Assembly: GCF_001194135.2 (NCBI RefSeq) | Contig: NC_068984.1 | Span: 33,819,768 to 33,883,767, forward strand | DNA from: Octopus bimaculoides | Taxonomy: Eukaryota | DNA length: 64,000 bases | Direction of reading: 5' to 3' | Part shown: in pieces, positions 63,219-64,000 of the stretch | Layout of the letters: every line of letters starts with the position of its first letter | Position numbering within the stretch: the stretch's first letter is position 1 | Position numbers and translations under genes: made by a program | Notes under the pieces: model-generated | What the model was told of the DNA's origin: nothing | Database searches by the model: none | Seen by the model: the letters and a program-made list of their open reading frames with translations, nothing else

Positions 63219-64000
63219 NNNNNNNNNNNNNNNNNNNNNNNNNNNNNNNNNNNNNNNNNNNNNNNNNNNNNNNNNNNNNNNNNNNNNNNNNNNNNNNNNN
63301 NNNNNNNNNNNNNNNNNNNNNNNNNNNNNNNNNNNNNNNNNNNNNNNNNNNNNNNNNNNNNNNNNNNNNNNNNNNNNNNNNNNNNNNNNNNNNNNNNNNN
63401 NNNNNNNNNNNNNNNNNNNNNNNNNNNNNNNNNNNNNNNNNNNNNNNNNNNNNNNNNNNNNNNNNNNNNNNNNNNNNNNNNNNNNNNNNNNNNNNNNNNN
63501 NNNNNNNNNNNNNNNNNNAAAGAGATATACGCACAGTCTCACGTACACATACCTAACATCCCCACCGACACAAAAAACACTCAAACACACACTCATATAC
63601 ACATTCCACAATAAACTCTGGGACCAATAAAAACGGCACACACACACACACCCACAAACCCACACCCACACACACGGACACAATCACACATATATACACA
63701 CACACATAGAGATGTTCACAAAACCAGTCCCCAAAACCAGTGAACCGTGACAGACTGTCACAGACCAACCAAAAATAAAAAAAATCTTCTTTAACTCTTC
63801 TTCCCTCCCACCCCAGCTAGCCAGTCATACTGTCTCTTAAGACAGTAAAACATTCCCTCAATATACACAAGAGAAAAAGGCCAGGTCAGTTCCTCCTTAA
63901 TTTTATTCGATTGTCAAAGAATATGTATAAGAATATGTATATGTATTTTTCCATATGTGTATTTTCATACACTGTTTTTAACACTGTTTTTAACAATTTC

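Overview
AT-rich, microsatellite-dense eukaryotic DNA with 12 assembly gaps (N runs), most of them flanked by simple repeats. The SINE families and repeat density resemble Octopus (cephalopod) genomic DNA; this is inference. I cannot support any intact host protein-coding gene, rRNA, tRNA or CRISPR array, and the long ORFs in the track are microsatellite or gap artefacts. The interpretable sequence is decayed transposon material: a near full-length dead Penelope-like element (RT + GIY-YIG, about 2.4-5.9 kb, minus strand) and a second PLE remnant; an internally deleted Gypsy LTR element with a SINE inside its integrase; CR1-group, RTE-clade, R4/Dong-like and R2/NeSL-like LINE fragments; Helitron, mariner, piggyBac and hAT relics; and about 13 tRNA-derived SINE copies. 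The features most worth follow-up are a candidate minimal type I hammerhead ribozyme in a pLTR/retrozyme-like unit (34409-34445), two degenerate hammerhead-like motifs, three fold-back structures beside the PLE 5' end, an in-frame chimera of two RLE-type LINE families, and an RTE with twin-priming-like inversion geometry. I see no strong evidence for a wholly new biological system. All homology calls come from manual translation and motif recognition, not database searches, and boundaries are approximate.
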